From positions 1-39,494 of IMG/VR virus record IMGVR_UViG_3300023179_000240: a DNA stretch of 39,494 bases; one strand, written 5' to 3'. Position 1 is the stretch's first letter. Each line of letters starts with the position of its first letter. Under the pieces are notes generated by a model. It saw nothing but the letters and a program-made list of their open reading frames with translations. It was not told the origin of the DNA and did not search any database. The translations under genes were made by a program, and so were the position numbers. The DNA is from a virus (lineage: Duplodnaviria; Caudoviricetes). Of this stretch, positions 39,260 to 39,494 are shown in pieces.

Positions 39260-39494
39260 TTACTGCGCTGAAATATCCTTTATTCGTTTTGCCAACCTAA
39301 GGAGCGCAACGTACACCTCCCAGTGACGCTTCCACTCTGTCAGATGGCGGGTTTGATATACTCCTTTGTGTTTGTCGATCCGAACTAGGAGCAGGTTTCG
39401 GATCGGAAGGCGGCGAAAGTTCTCTTCAAATAGATTGGCGTATGCGGCCACCTGAAAGTCATGGGAATCATAGAGGGAGTTCGAGGTCTTGAAA
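39260..39494 (-). CDS. C-terminal part of the PD-(D/E)XK exonuclease beginning at 666
   Basis: FKTSNSLYDSHDFQVAAYANL...KDISAQ*, in frame with the 1-666 segment across the terminal repeat. Confidence 0.85.
   Translation of the reverse strand, partial: FKTSNSLYDSHDFQVAAYANLFEENFRRLPIRNLLLVRIDKHKGVYQTRHLTEWKRHWEVYVALLRLAKRIKDISAQ
39353..39494. repeat. Terminal redundancy (right copy)
   Basis: Matches bases 1-142. Confidence 0.95.

Noticed and set aside
1-39494. Stop-codon reassignment
   Set aside because: All core genes are full length in the standard bacterial code, and TAA, TAG and TGA are all used as stops.

Overview
The window is an essentially complete, circularly permuted genome (about 39,352 bp; bases 1-142 recur at 39353-39494) of a temperate podovirus-like tailed phage. 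Its host is probably Gram-negative, since a spanin-like pair is present. There are four transcription blocks. (1) A leftward recombination/replication operon starts at an Xis-like HTH gene (1651), wraps the contig end and holds an ssDNA-annealing protein, a PD-(D/E)XK exonuclease, an SSB, nucleases, a DUF5664-type dNTP pyrophosphohydrolase, a GT9 glycosyltransferase and a DnaB helicase. (2) A rightward ribbon-helix-helix gene and tyrosine integrase are followed by a likely attP. (3) A long leftward late operon runs terS, terL, holin/spanins, portal, scaffold, N4-gp56-type capsid, decoration/fibre genes, S74-chaperone tail fibre, adaptor, nozzle, GNAT-like protein, three ejection proteins, endonuclease, 2OG-Fe(II) oxygenase and endolysin. 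(4) A rightward early region carries ArdC-N, ArdA and many small ORFs. The most notable unexplained patterns are: an asymmetric motif AAGTGTAACAAGCA(T) at gene boundaries, always co-oriented with transcription (stoperator-like); 26-nt repeats conserved at nucleotide level that divide the tail fibre into in-frame cassettes; an ejection protein with eight 9-aa repeats matched by eight 18-aa helical repeats (a possible length ruler); a structured non-coding region upstream of terS; and four divergent promoters that all look leaderless. All family assignments come from motif recognition by eye. No database searches were run.
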